Shown: positions 1 to 9,948, counted from the first letter of the stretch. The stretch: DNA of 64,000 nt from an uncultured Pelagibacteraceae bacterium (GCA_902632275.1 CACPBW010000001.1:12111-76110), one strand, 5' to 3'. The notes: generated from the letters alone by a model not told the origin. A program made the numbers and translations.

Positions 1-182
1 CATTAAATAAAGCAACTCTTCCTTTCTTAAATAAACTTGCAAAGCATGGATATAAAAAAGCTCTTGGTGATGATAAAAATTTTCTTGCAGGACTAAACGT
101 TTGCAGAGGTGATGTGACATATAAAGCAGTAGCAGATGTTTTTGGACATAGCTATGTTTCACCAGATAAGGCAATCAACTGA
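1..182 (+). CDS. ald: Alanine dehydrogenase, C-terminal fragment (runs off the window start)
   Basis: Manual translation from nt 3: LNKATLPFLNKLAKHGYKKALGDDKNFLAGLNVCRGDVTYKAVADVFGHSYVSPDKAIN*, matching the AlaDH C-terminal ALxNATLP...GLNV...VTYKAVA pattern; TGA at 180-182. Confidence 0.85.
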   Translation, partial: LNKATLPFLNKLAKHGYKKALGDDKNFLAGLNVCRGDVTYKAVADVFGHSYVSPDKAIN

Positions 183-201
183 TTTATAAATAGGGGTAAT
201 A

Positions 202-642
202 ATGTATAGGCCTTTGCCAGATGGATTAACTATTAAAAACTCTCCAATAGAAGGACTGGGTCTATTCACCAATGTAGATATTAAAAAAAATACATTTATT
301 GGTGTTACTCATATTAGAGATGAACAGTTTGAAAATAAATATATCAGAACTCCATTAGGAGGATTTTATAATCACTCAGATGACCCAACTGTAGTGAGGA
401 TGGTTACCGACACTTTACCTAAATTAAAATTTGGGGATGTTTTAGACGTTGATGCTACAACAAAAAAATTTCCAGGAAATGATAACGATGGGGAAAATGT
501 ATTTTTTAATTTGCAAGAAAAACCTGATGCAAAATATTTTTTTATGGTTGCTGCTAAAGATATTAAGTCAGGAAGCGAATTGACTGCAAATTATAATCTT
601 TACACTTATCCAAAAACAGGTGTTGGATTACAAATGATTTAA
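202..642 (+). CDS. Stand-alone SET-domain protein (putative SAM-dependent lysine methyltransferase)
   Basis: SET motifs SPIEGLGLF, FYNHSDDP and AAKDIKSGSELTANY; GGGG SD-like sequence upstream. Confidence 0.8.
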   Translation: MYRPLPDGLTIKNSPIEGLGLFTNVDIKKNTFIGVTHIRDEQFENKYIRTPLGGFYNHSDDPTVVRMVTDTLPKLKFGDVLDVDATTKKFPGNDNDGENVFFNLQEKPDAKYFFMVAAKDIKSGSELTANYNLYTYPKTGVGLQMI

Positions 643-661
643 ATTAACTCAATAATTGTTA

Positions 662-1828
662 ATGAAAAAAATTATTCAATATACAATTATTATACTTTTC
701 AGTTTTACTTTTTCATTATTTTTATTTGAAATTTATCTCAATTTAAATAATACCAAAGTAGATTATAACGAAATAAAAAAAATATATAAACAAACAACTG
801 GCAAAGATTATGACGATAGGACTAAAATTGAAGTTTATAAAGAGCTTATAAAAAAAGATAAAAACTTAGTTGTAAATGTATATCCATCACTTCACATTGA
901 AGCAAAGAAAAATAAGGATTTATTTTTACCTTTATCAGGAATATCAAATTCAAAGACACTAGACTGTAATGAAAATGGATATTTTACTATTTTTAAAAGT
1001 GATAGATATGGTTTTAATAATCCAGATGTAGAGTGGAATTCAAGCAAAATTGAATATCTTCTTGTTGGAGACTCGTTTACTCATGGGGCATGTGTTAATA
1101 GGCCAAATGATATAGGTTCAGTTCTAAGAAATCTTTCAAATAAAACCGTTATAAATATTGGATATGGTGGAAATGGACCACTTTTAGAATATGCAACTTT
1201 AAAAGAATATATGCCTCAAAATGTTAAAAATATTATTTGGATATATGTAGAAAATAATGATCTAATTAATTTAGGGGCTGAAATTAAAAATAATATTCTA
1301 ATTAAGTATTTAGATGATGATACTTTTACTCAGGATCTAATTAATAAACAAGTTCAGATAGACAAATTTAATAGAAATGTAATGATGAGCCATTTTTTAG
1401 ATGATGAGATTAGAATTTTAAAGAAAGACTCAAAACTTAAATATAAAATTCTAAAATTTATAAGGTTAGATAAAACCAAAAATAAGTTTAAATCTATTTT
1501 TTCGAAAAAAAAAGATAACAAATTAAATTATAATAAATTTAAGCTAGTTTTAAATAAAGCTAATGAACTAGCTAAAATTAATAATTCAAAATTATATTTT
1601 GTATATCTTCCCTCTATAGAAAGATTTAAAAATCAAAAATATCATGATGATTTAGAAAAAATTGAGCAAATTGTGAACGGATTAGGTATAAAATTTATTA
1701 ATATCAACAAAGAGGTATTTGAAAAAGAAGATGATAAATTGAGCTTTTTTCCTTTTAAAACAAGACAACACTATACTGTAAAGGGATATGATAAAGTTGC
1801 TGAAACAATTTATAGAATTACAAGGTGA
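662..1828 (+). CDS. Membrane-anchored SGNH/GDSL hydrolase-fold protein (possible glycan acetyltransferase/esterase)
   Basis: N-terminal hydrophobic helix; GDSFTHG block I, GYGGNGP block II, ENNDL block III, C-terminal QHY; ATG 662 (TTG 656 alternative). Confidence 0.7.
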   Translation: MKKIIQYTIIILFSFTFSLFLFEIYLNLNNTKVDYNEIKKIYKQTTGKDYDDRTKIEVYKELIKKDKNLVVNVYPSLHIEAKKNKDLFLPLSGISNSKTLDCNENGYFTIFKSDRYGFNNPDVEWNSSKIEYLLVGDSFTHGACVNRPNDIGSVLRNLSNKTVINIGYGGNGPLLEYATLKEYMPQNVKNIIWIYVENNDLINLGAEIKNNILIKYLDDDTFTQDLINKQVQIDKFNRNVMMSHFLDDEIRILKKDSKLKYKILKFIRLDKTKNKFKSIFSKKKDNKLNYNKFKLVLNKANELAKINNSKLYFVYLPSIERFKNQKYHDDLEKIEQIVNGLGIKFININKEVFEKEDDKLSFFPFKTRQHYTVKGYDKVAETIYRITR

Positions 1829-1850
1829 TTAATTTTACAGAAAATTTAAA

Positions 1851-4295
1851 ATGATAAAACAACTTCCAAAAAGTACAAAAGTTGTAGTTATAGGAGGGGG
1901 TGTAGCAGGTTGTTCTTGCGCATATCATCTTGCTAAATTTGGTTGGAAAGATACTATTTTACTTGAAAGGGATCAGCTAACTTCTGGAACCACATGGCAT
2001 GCAGCAGGTCTTATTGGACAACTAGGTGCATCTCAAACTATTACAAAATTAAGAAAGTATTCTTTAGATTTGTATAAAGAACTTGAAAAAATCACAGGCC
2101 TATCCACTGGATTAAAACAAAACGGCGCAATAACTATTGCCTCTACAAAAGATAGAATGCAAGAACTTTTACGACAAGCAACCACAGCTCAATTATCTAA
2201 CGTTGAAGTTCAGGTTTTAGATAAAAAAAAAACAAAACTAATGTATCCAGTTATTGAAGACAGAGACATTGAAGGTAGTGTTTATATGCCTAAAGATGGC
2301 CAGGCTGATCCTGTGGGTGTGACAAACGTTTTAGCCAAGGCAGCAAAAATGGAAGGAGTAAAAATTTTTGAAAAAACACCGGTTAAAAAGATTTTAGTAA
2401 ATCAAGGTAGAGTAGTAGGAGTTGATACAATTTATGGTAAAATAGATTGTGAGTTCGTAGTGCTTGCATCTGGAATGTGGTCTAGACAAATTGCTGAGGA
2501 TATAAACGTAAGTGTACCACTTTATCCAAATGAACATTTTTATATAATTACTGAACCAGTTAAAAATCTACCAAAAGACTTACCAGTCTTAAGAGATTAC
2601 AACGCTTGTCTTTATTTAAAAGAAGATGCAGGAAAAATGCTTATTGGAATATTTGAACCTAATGCAAAACCAGCTTTTAAGGAAACAGGAAGAGTACCAG
2701 AAAATTTTTCTTTTGGAGAGTTTCCAGATGATTTTGATCATTTCGAACCATATTTAAAAAAATCCTTTTATAGGTTGCCAATGCTTAAAGACGTTGGAAT
2801 AAGAAAATTTTTTTCAGGACCAGAATCTTTTACTCCAGATACACAATATCTTTTAGGAGAAACAGCTGAGGTAAAAAAGTTATATACCTGCTGTGGTTTT
2901 AATAGTATTGGAATTGCTAGCGCTGGTGGAGCAGGAAAAGCAACTGCAGAATGGATGATAAACGGCCATACAAATGAAGATTTATTTTCTTTAGATATAA
3001 AAAGATTTCAAAAATTTCACTCATCAAAAAAATTTATTATGGAAAGGGTTACGGAAACTTTAGGTGATTTATATGGTATGCATTGGCCATACAAACAGCA
3101 TTCTACTTCAAGAAATCAAAAACTACTTCCTTACCATGATGAATTAAAAAAAGCAGGCGCTTGTTTTGGTGCAACATCTGGTTACGAGAGACCAATGTGG
3201 TATTCTTTAAACGGAAAACAACCAAAATATGAATATAGTTTTAGTTATCAAAATTGGTACCCATCAGCAAAATATGAAACCACAAATGCAAGAAAAAATG
3301 TGGGTCTTTTCGATTTATCATCGTTTGCAAAATTTGATTTAAAAGGAGAAAGCGTACACGACGAGTTGCAAAAAATTTGTACAGCAAATATAAAAAGTAT
3401 GACTGGTAAGACAACTTATACTCAAATGTTAAATGAAGAGGGGGGTATAGAAACCGACTTGAGTATTGTATGTATTGAAAAAAATTATTTTAGAGTAGTT
3501 ACGTCTGCTACTACAAGAGAGCATGATAAAGCTCATATTAAAAAATATTTGTCATCCAAAGTTGAATTTAAAGATATTACTGATGAGTATTGTTGCTTTG
3601 GATTATTTGGGCCAAATAGTAGGAAAATGATTAGTAAAATTAGCAAAGATGACTTTTCTAATGAAAATTTCAGATTTGGTTATGCGAAATTTATCAAAAT
3701 TAAAGATATTGAGGTCTGGGCTCAAAGATTATCTTATGTGGGTGAGCTGGGGTATGAATTATATGTAAAAAGTTCAGAGGCCAAAAAATTATACGGTATT
3801 ATTTTTTCTGAGGGTAAAAACTTTAATATGGTCCATTGTGGAATGCATGCTATGGATATTATGAGAATGGAAAGTGGTTTTTTACATTGGGGCCATGATA
3901 TTTCTGCTGAGGAAAACCAATATCAAGCAGGTCTAAGCTTTGCAATAAGTTATAAAAAAAATATAGATTTTATTGGAAGAAGCGCAATATTGAAAATTAA
4001 GGACCAACCTATATCAAAACAATTTATTATGCTCACCTTAAAAGAAAATAAACCAGGCGAACCATTACTTCTCCATGAAGAGCCTATTTATTTAAATGAT
4101 AATATAATTGGAAGAACAACATCAGGAAATTACTCTTTTTGCTTTAATAAAAACCTAACATTCGGTTATGTAAACGGAAATATTTCTAAAGATGAGCTTA
4201 AATCAGCCAAATTATATGTTGAGGTTGCTAAGAAAAAACATGCTGCAGAATTACAATCTAACAGTTTAAATCAAAACAACTTCAAGACGATTTAA
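1851..4295 (+). CDS. GcvT-family FAD/folate-dependent dehydrogenase (dimethylglycine/sarcosine dehydrogenase-like)
   Basis: GGGVAG FAD motif, SGTTWHAAG covalent-FAD His motif, GPESFTPD, C-terminal aminomethyltransferase domain (SYVGELGYEL); 814 aa. Confidence 0.88.
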   Translation: MIKQLPKSTKVVVIGGGVAGCSCAYHLAKFGWKDTILLERDQLTSGTTWHAAGLIGQLGASQTITKLRKYSLDLYKELEKITGLSTGLKQNGAITIASTKDRMQELLRQATTAQLSNVEVQVLDKKKTKLMYPVIEDRDIEGSVYMPKDGQADPVGVTNVLAKAAKMEGVKIFEKTPVKKILVNQGRVVGVDTIYGKIDCEFVVLASGMWSRQIAEDINVSVPLYPNEHFYIITEPVKNLPKDLPVLRDYNACLYLKEDAGKMLIGIFEPNAKPAFKETGRVPENFSFGEFPDDFDHFEPYLKKSFYRLPMLKDVGIRKFFSGPESFTPDTQYLLGETAEVKKLYTCCGFNSIGIASAGGAGKATAEWMINGHTNEDLFSLDIKRFQKFHSSKKFIMERVTETLGDLYGMHWPYKQHSTSRNQKLLPYHDELKKAGACFGATSGYERPMWYSLNGKQPKYEYSFSYQNWYPSAKYETTNARKNVGLFDLSSFAKFDLKGESVHDELQKICTANIKSMTGKTTYTQMLNEEGGIETDLSIVCIEKNYFRVVTSATTREHDKAHIKKYLSSKVEFKDITDEYCCFGLFGPNSRKMISKISKDDFSNENFRFGYAKFIKIKDIEVWAQRLSYVGELGYELYVKSSEAKKLYGIIFSEGKNFNMVHCGMHAMDIMRMESGFLHWGHDISAEENQYQAGLSFAISYKKNIDFIGRSAILKIKDQPISKQFIMLTLKENKPGEPLLLHEEPIYLNDNIIGRTTSGNYSFCFNKNLTFGYVNGNISKDELKSAKLYVEVAKKKHAAELQSNSLNQNNFKTI

Positions 4296-4377
4296 AACAT
4301 AATACTCAATCTGATCTATTAAATTTATTTTAAAACCTCAAATTGAACAACCTGAAGATTGTAAAAATAAATCTCTC

Positions 4378-4620
4378 ATGATTAATTTAGGTATGTCATC
4401 AGAAAAAACTGCCAGTAAATCAACTCAGACGTTCATAATTGATAGTGAAGATTATGAATTTGAGAACACTATACAAGATAAAAAAAGTACCAAAGTTGAT
4501 ATAAATTTACTAATGGACAAAGTTAGAGCAGAAAAGAAGAAGGAGAAGAAAGAAAACCTAATTTTTGTAAGCTTAATAGCTTCAGTAATTTTGATTACTG
4601 GAGCAATCGCATCATTTTAA
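4378..4620 (+). CDS. Small hypothetical protein with C-terminal transmembrane helix
   Basis: 80-aa ORF filling the intergenic space; basic stretch followed by a hydrophobic C-terminus; start could be ATG 4393. Confidence 0.6.
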   Translation: MINLGMSSEKTASKSTQTFIIDSEDYEFENTIQDKKSTKVDINLLMDKVRAEKKKEKKENLIFVSLIASVILITGAIASF

Positions 4621-4629
4621 AAAATAATA

Positions 4630-5619
4630 TTAACTTTTACGAATCCTAGCAGCATTAAATAATTTACAAGAAACCTCTGCAATTTTATTCACATTCTCTA
4701 ATCTATATTTATCCACCTCTTTAACTCTATTTGAGTCAGATACTACGTATAGACCATTTTTATTTTTATCTACAAATTTATTATCTACTAAAAATTTTAA
4801 TTTCCTAATTACAGTTGGTCTTGGTATTCCTGTCAAATCTGAGATTGTCATTGCATTCAATCCAAGAGTCTCAGTTAACGATAGAAGCTCATCTAAATAA
4901 GTGTCTTTTACTTTATCGGGATATTTATTTGAAGCTTTGAATTTTTTTGTTAGTGATAAATTTTGATTGTAAACAATCATTGCCCAGATTTGAACAGTTT
5001 CATAATCATTAAAAAATTTTTTTTTAAAAGTAGTTAGCATTTCTATCTGAAATTTTAAAAAATAATTCCAGCAAAGTGTGTAATTATTTTTAATTAACAG
5101 CTCCATATCCAAATTAGATATTTGTTGATTTATAATATTAGCTTTATGTAGAAGTTTGGATAAATTTGCTAAGAATTTTGATATCATATGTATTGAAGTA
5201 CTAGGTTTTTGCAAATTGTAAGCTTTTCTGTTTATTACTACCGCTTTTTTATTTTTCTTTATGATACCGATTTTTTCTAATTCTAATATTTTTCTCCTTG
5301 CTGTTTCTTTTGATATTGAAAGATCTTTAGCAATATTAACTATATTAAATTTTTTTATCTCATACTGGTCAACATTATAGAATTGATCAAAATTATATTT
5401 AATAAAATATTCAGCATAACTATCAAATGTCTTACTTACCAAACTCATTAAAATGAAATATTTATCTAAATCTTTAAAAGTTATGTAGGCATTATTAAGC
5501 CAAATTCTTTGAAGTTCAAAATAATCTGTAATTATTTCGATGTAATTTTTAGCAAGTATATTATAAACATCTGATACATCTACCTCTGTAGAAAATTTTA
5601 GCCTTATTTCCTTTGACAT
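4630..5619 (-). CDS. Hypothetical regulator with two tandem winged-HTH modules
   Basis: Two similar HTH segments, NIVNIAKDLSISKETARRKILELEKIGII and NAMTISDLTGIPRPTVIRKLKFLVDNKFV. Confidence 0.65.
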   Translation of the reverse strand: MSKEIRLKFSTEVDVSDVYNILAKNYIEIITDYFELQRIWLNNAYITFKDLDKYFILMSLVSKTFDSYAEYFIKYNFDQFYNVDQYEIKKFNIVNIAKDLSISKETARRKILELEKIGIIKKNKKAVVINRKAYNLQKPSTSIHMISKFLANLSKLLHKANIINQQISNLDMELLIKNNYTLCWNYFLKFQIEMLTTFKKKFFNDYETVQIWAMIVYNQNLSLTKKFKASNKYPDKVKDTYLDELLSLTETLGLNAMTISDLTGIPRPTVIRKLKFLVDNKFVDKNKNGLYVVSDSNRVKEVDKYRLENVNKIAEVSCKLFNAARIRKS

Positions 5620-5676
5620 TTTAATTTTAATAAATATTTAACTTAGTAATAAAAATAAAAGATGTAAATTAATTTT

Positions 5677-6519
5677 ATGGAATTCGTCAAATTAGTAGGG
5701 CCTTTTGGTGTTTTTTTTATAATGTTTGCGCTAGGCTTGAATTTAAGTATCAAAAGATTCCTAAGAGTATTCAAAAAACCAAAAAATTTTATTGTAGGAG
5801 TGCTTTGTCAAATAGTCATTCTCCCAATTATCGGCTTAATAGTTATTAGTTTATTACCTATGGATAAAGAATTTCAAATTGGAGTGTTTCTTTTATTAAT
5901 CATGCCCTCAGCAGCAATGTCAAATTACGCCACAAGAATTGCTGATGGCAACGTTCCTTTATCTATTTGTTTAACTTCAATATGCGCTTTATCTTCTTTC
6001 ATCACAGTTCCAATGTATTTAAATTTCTTTTCAAATTTTTTATATAATCAAAGTTTTGATTTACGATTATTTAGTTTTTCAGTTAAAACATTTTTATTTA
6101 TAACAATGCCTGTTTTTATAGGAATTTATTGTAGAGAAAAGTTTTCTAGTTTTTTTAAAAATCTAATTTTTACTCTTGATAGATTAGCCTTTGTTATTTT
6201 TTTAATTATAGTATTCATAGCCATTTATACAGAAAAAGATAACTTGGTTAATTATTTTGATGATGTTGGAGTAATTATGAGTTTAATTTTAGCGATGGTT
6301 TTTGTATCTTCCCTTATAACAACTCAAATATTTATAGATGATATTCCATCAAAAAGAGCAATCAGAATTGAGGCATTATTACAAAACGGTGCAATGGGTT
6401 TTGTAGTTGGAGCATTAATTTTTTCTGAGATTCAATATCTTGTTCCAATAACTATTTATGCGCTTTTACAATATTGTTTTCTTCTATTTTATTTAGGAAA
6501 TATGAAGCTTAAAAAATAA
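5677..6519 (+). CDS. Bile acid:Na+ symporter (BASS/SBF) family transporter
   Basis: MFALGLNL, MPSAAMSN, ADGNVPLS and IEALLQNG motifs; multiple TM helices. Confidence 0.85.
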   Translation: MEFVKLVGPFGVFFIMFALGLNLSIKRFLRVFKKPKNFIVGVLCQIVILPIIGLIVISLLPMDKEFQIGVFLLLIMPSAAMSNYATRIADGNVPLSICLTSICALSSFITVPMYLNFFSNFLYNQSFDLRLFSFSVKTFLFITMPVFIGIYCREKFSSFFKNLIFTLDRLAFVIFLIIVFIAIYTEKDNLVNYFDDVGVIMSLILAMVFVSSLITTQIFIDDIPSKRAIRIEALLQNGAMGFVVGALIFSEIQYLVPITIYALLQYCFLLFYLGNMKLKK

Positions 6520-6529
6520 ATTTTAGCAG

Positions 6530-7450
6530 ATGTTATTCGGTAAAATTAATGGTTTAGAAAAAAAGATTTCAAAAATAATACTCGGAAACGATAAGAAAAA
6601 AAAATATATCTCTGCCTCAAAGCTATGGGATTTTTATTATGAAAATGGAGGAAATACTTTTGATAATTCAATTTATTATAGAAATGGTGAAAGCGAAAAA
6701 TTATTGGGAAAATGGATAAAATCTAGAGGTTTGGAGAGAAATATCGTTTTGATTTCAAAAGTTGGAGAAGAAAACTCTCAACCATCAGAAATATTGAGTT
6801 TATTACAAATATCTTTAGAAAGACTGCAGTCAAACATTGCTGATATATTAATTTTACATCACCATAGCAAGCAAGTGCCAATTAGCGAATATGTTGACGC
6901 ATTAAATGAAATTAAATCTTCAGGAAAAATTAAATTATTTGGAATTTCAAATATTTCTAAAGATAGGTTTGATGAGTCGTTAAAATGGTCGAGGAAAAAT
7001 AATAAAATTCCTTTTTCTATTATAAATAATCAATTTTCATTAGCTAAAATGGAAAAACCACTTTGGCCAGACTGCTTAAGTATTTATAATAATGAATATA
7101 TTAAATATTTAGAAAATAACAAAATTGCTCATTTTGCATGGTCTAGTCAGGCTAGAGGATTTTTCATCAAAGAAAGTTTTATACGAAAGTTCTTAAGAAG
7201 AAAGTTTCATAAATACCTAAAAGATTGTTTTCACAGTTTAGAAAATGATGAAAAAAGAAAAAAAGCCGAGGAACTGTCTAATAAATATAATTGCTCATCG
7301 AATGATATAGCTTTATCATGGGTTATAAACCAAAAATTTCCTTCTTATGCAATTATTGGACCCAAAAATAAATCAGAATTAAAATTCTCAATGAATTCTC
7401 TTAATATTGTGTTATCAGATGAAGATAAAAAATGGTTAAATTTAATCTAA
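6530..7450 (+). CDS. Aldo/keto reductase
   Basis: GGNTFDNSIYY (Asp/Tyr), ISKVG (Lys), SLERLQ..ADILILH, GKIKLFGISN, AWSSQARG, AIIGP. Confidence 0.85.
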   Translation: MLFGKINGLEKKISKIILGNDKKKKYISASKLWDFYYENGGNTFDNSIYYRNGESEKLLGKWIKSRGLERNIVLISKVGEENSQPSEILSLLQISLERLQSNIADILILHHHSKQVPISEYVDALNEIKSSGKIKLFGISNISKDRFDESLKWSRKNNKIPFSIINNQFSLAKMEKPLWPDCLSIYNNEYIKYLENNKIAHFAWSSQARGFFIKESFIRKFLRRKFHKYLKDCFHSLENDEKRKKAEELSNKYNCSSNDIALSWVINQKFPSYAIIGPKNKSELKFSMNSLNIVLSDEDKKWLNLI

Positions 7451-7454
7451 GCCA

Positions 7455-7862
7455 ATGAGTATAGTCAAATCCATTATTGAGCAACATAAAATGATACCTC
7501 ATCCAGAAGGAGGCTATTATGTTGAAGTATTTAAAACTAAAGATGTAAGTCATATTTATTTTCTACTAGAAGCTAATCAGCATTCCCATTGGCATAGAAT
7601 AAACAAAAATGAAACATTACATTTTTATTTGGGTAGCTCTCTAATTATATATACCTCAAAAAATGGAGAGGAATTTCAAATTAATGAAATCGGATCAAAA
7701 AATAATTTTATATTTAATATTGAGAAAAATACCTGGTTTGCAATGAAACCCTCAGGTTTATTTAGTTTAATTGGATGCACTGTTGCTCCAGCATTTGAGT
7801 TTAAAGATTTAGAGTTAGCACCAAAAGATTGGAAACCTTCTAAATTTAATATTAATCTTTAA
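7455..7862 (+). CDS. Cupin family protein (DUF985/cupin_5-like)
   Basis: PHPEGGYY, IYFLL, SHWHRI..NETLHFY and SLIGCTVAPAFEFKD motifs. Confidence 0.85.
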   Translation: MSIVKSIIEQHKMIPHPEGGYYVEVFKTKDVSHIYFLLEANQHSHWHRINKNETLHFYLGSSLIIYTSKNGEEFQINEIGSKNNFIFNIEKNTWFAMKPSGLFSLIGCTVAPAFEFKDLELAPKDWKPSKFNINL

Positions 7863-7916
7863 TATTTATTCTTTGAAAGAAAAAAAATAAGTAGTATATA
7901 TCAATGTGAACTTAAT

Positions 7917-7993
7917 GGCGGGGTAGCTCAGTTGGTTAGAGCGCGGGACTCATAAGCCCGAGGTCAGTGGTTCGATCCCACTTCCCGCTACCA
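7917..7993 (+). tRNA. tRNA-Met (CAT), probably elongator
   Basis: Cloverleaf GGCGGGG/TCCCGCT acceptor, GCTC/GAGC D-stem, CT-CAT-AA loop, AGTGG-TTCGATC-CCACT T-arm, encoded CCA; lacks the initiator C1:A72 mismatch. Confidence 0.93.
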
Positions 7994-8012
7994 ATATTTT
8001 ACATGAGTAAAC

Positions 8013-8876
8013 TTATAGTTTTTTAAGATAATTTGAATATTCACAGTTTCCATAAAATTTTATTGCATCATTTATCTTAGATCTTTTAATCCATCCATTA
8101 TTAAGCGCTATTTCTTCCAAGCAAGCAATTTTAAAGCCTTGTCTATTTTCTATAGCCGATACAAAAGAACTAGTTTTATAGAAATCTTCGATTGAACCCG
8201 AATCTAGCCATGCACCGCCCCTTCCTATTAAATCAGCAGTTAGTTGGTTATTTTTTTTATATTTATTTATTAAATCAACAATTTCTAATTCTTTTCTTTT
8301 TGATGGTTTAAGTTTTTTTGCATAATTTATGACGTTATTATCAAAAAAATATAAACCTGTTATTGCAAGGTCTGAAAGAAATTTTTTAGGTTTTTCTTTT
8401 ATATTTATAACCTTTTTTCTTTTATCTATTTTAGCAACACCATAAAGTTCTGGCTTATTTACTTTATGTAAAATTATTTTTGCACCTTTTTTCAATTTTA
8501 CAGAGCTTAATAGTTGTTTAGTTAAATTTTGGCCATAAAAAAAATTATCTCCAAGTATCAATGCAACATTATCTTTTCCAATAAACTTTTCTCCTAATAT
8601 GAATGCATCAGGCAAACCTCTAGGATAAGTTTGTTCTCTATATGTAATATTTACTCCAAAGTTGTCACCATTTGGAATTATTTTTTTATATTGAGCTAGC
8701 TGTCCTCTGTTAACGATAATTAATATGTCTTTTATTTTTGCCAACATTAAAATTGAAAGTGGATAAAAAATTAAAGGTTTATCATATATAGGAAGTAATT
8801 GTTTATTTACAGCTTTAGTTAGAGGACTCATTCTTGTCCCCATTCCACCCGATAATATAATTCCTTTTTTAATCAC
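8013..8876 (-). CDS. rfbA: Glucose-1-phosphate thymidylyltransferase
   Basis: KGIILSGGMGTRMSPLT..VNKQLLPIYDKP, LILGDNFF, GRGGAWLD; start moved to GTG 8876, which overlaps the rfbB stop (GTGA). Confidence 0.93.
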   Translation of the reverse strand: MIKKGIILSGGMGTRMSPLTKAVNKQLLPIYDKPLIFYPLSILMLAKIKDILIIVNRGQLAQYKKIIPNGDNFGVNITYREQTYPRGLPDAFILGEKFIGKDNVALILGDNFFYGQNLTKQLLSSVKLKKGAKIILHKVNKPELYGVAKIDKRKKVINIKEKPKKFLSDLAITGLYFFDNNVINYAKKLKPSKRKELEIVDLINKYKKNNQLTADLIGRGGAWLDSGSIEDFYKTSSFVSAIENRQGFKIACLEEIALNNGWIKRSKINDAIKFYGNCEYSNYLKKL

Positions 8877-9898
8877 TTTATTTTTATTCCCAATCTTTTC
8901 GTAATATCTCTTTTTTTTAATCCAGAATAATATCCTGGATTTTTTAAATACCAATCAAAAGTCTTATTTAAACCCATTAATATATTTGTTTTTGGTTTCC
9001 ACTTTAGATTTTTGATTAATTTATTACTATTTAGTGCGTATCTAATATCATGACCTGGTCTGTCTTTCACAAATTTAATTTTTACATTTTTTCCTATATT
9101 TAATTTTGATTTTGCAATTTTAATTAGAAGTTTTGAAATATTAATATTTTTTAGATTTAAATTAGAACCAATATTATAAAAGTTTCCAATTTTTCCTCTT
9201 TCAAAGATTTTGATTAAAGCTTCACAGTGATCATCCACGTATATCCACTCTCTTGAATTAAGTCCCTTACCATATAACGGTAAACTTTTATTTTTTAGAA
9301 CATTATATATTAGCTTTGGTATTAATTTCTCAGGGTGCTGTCTTGGACCATAATTATTTGAACAGTTTGTAATGATTGCGGGAATATTAAACGTTCTTAT
9401 GTATGAATATACTAAATGGTCAGACGAAGCTTTTGATGCAGCGTAAGGTGAGCTTGGTTTATACGCATCATTTTCTTTTGATCTTCCAATTAAAATATCA
9501 CCATACACTTCATCTGTTGAAATATGAATTAATCTTGATTTTTTATTCTTTTCAACAAATTTTCTAAATGCCTGTAATAAATTAAATACTCCTACAATGT
9601 TACTTTTAATAAATTTTTCTGGTCCGTCAATCGATCTATCAACATGCGTTTCAGCAGCTAGATTAAAAATAGCATTTGGTTTATATTTTTTTAAAACATT
9701 GAAAATTTTTTTATGGTTATTAATATCTAATCTAATAAATCTATAATTTTTATTTTTTGATATATTTCTGACATTGTAAAAATTAGAGGAATAAGTAACT
9801 TTATCTATATTTATAACAAAATATTTCTTTTTAAGAAGAATATTAACTAAATTACTACCTATAAAGCCTAGACCTCCAGTTACTATAACTTTTTTCAT
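8873..9898 (-). CDS. rfbB: dTDP-glucose 4,6-dehydratase
   Basis: VTGGLGFIG, LAAETHVDRSI, HISTDEVYG, YAASK, NCSNNYGP, DRPGHDIRY. Confidence 0.95.
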   Translation of the reverse strand: MKKVIVTGGLGFIGSNLVNILLKKKYFVINIDKVTYSSNFYNVRNISKNKNYRFIRLDINNHKKIFNVLKKYKPNAIFNLAAETHVDRSIDGPEKFIKSNIVGVFNLLQAFRKFVEKNKKSRLIHISTDEVYGDILIGRSKENDAYKPSSPYAASKASSDHLVYSYIRTFNIPAIITNCSNNYGPRQHPEKLIPKLIYNVLKNKSLPLYGKGLNSREWIYVDDHCEALIKIFERGKIGNFYNIGSNLNLKNINISKLLIKIAKSKLNIGKNVKIKFVKDRPGHDIRYALNSNKLIKNLKWKPKTNILMGLNKTFDWYLKNPGYYSGLKKRDITKRLGIKIK

Positions 9899-9948
9899 AT
9901 TTTTTTTTTACAATAATTGGCTATTTAAGTATACTTTTTTAAACTTGA

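Noticed and set aside
1505-1513. Long A/T homopolymers in glycan-related genes (here, near 11640, and others) as phase-variation tracts
   Set aside because: Such runs are ubiquitous at this AT content, mostly Lys/Phe codons, and the frames are intact
4296-4377. Intergenic regions near the GcvT-family gene, mtn genes and glmS checked for glycine/SAM riboswitches or a glmS ribozyme
   Set aside because: Too short and AT-rich, with no recognisable conserved cores
7917-8012. tRNA-Met as a possible island or prophage integration site
   Set aside because: No integrase and no repeated tRNA 3' end noticed in the window
8877-8954. N-terminal extension of rfbA in the ORF track (likewise mtnA 13543, nrdB 39186, methyltransferase 40135, bolA 58874)
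   Set aside because: The extensions lie inside upstream genes; downstream starts with stop/start coupling or an SD fit family lengths better
9899-9948. TTAA pairs resembling CtrA boxes here and in other intergenic regions
   Set aside because: Spacing is not the canonical 7 nt, and TTAA is frequent by chance at this composition
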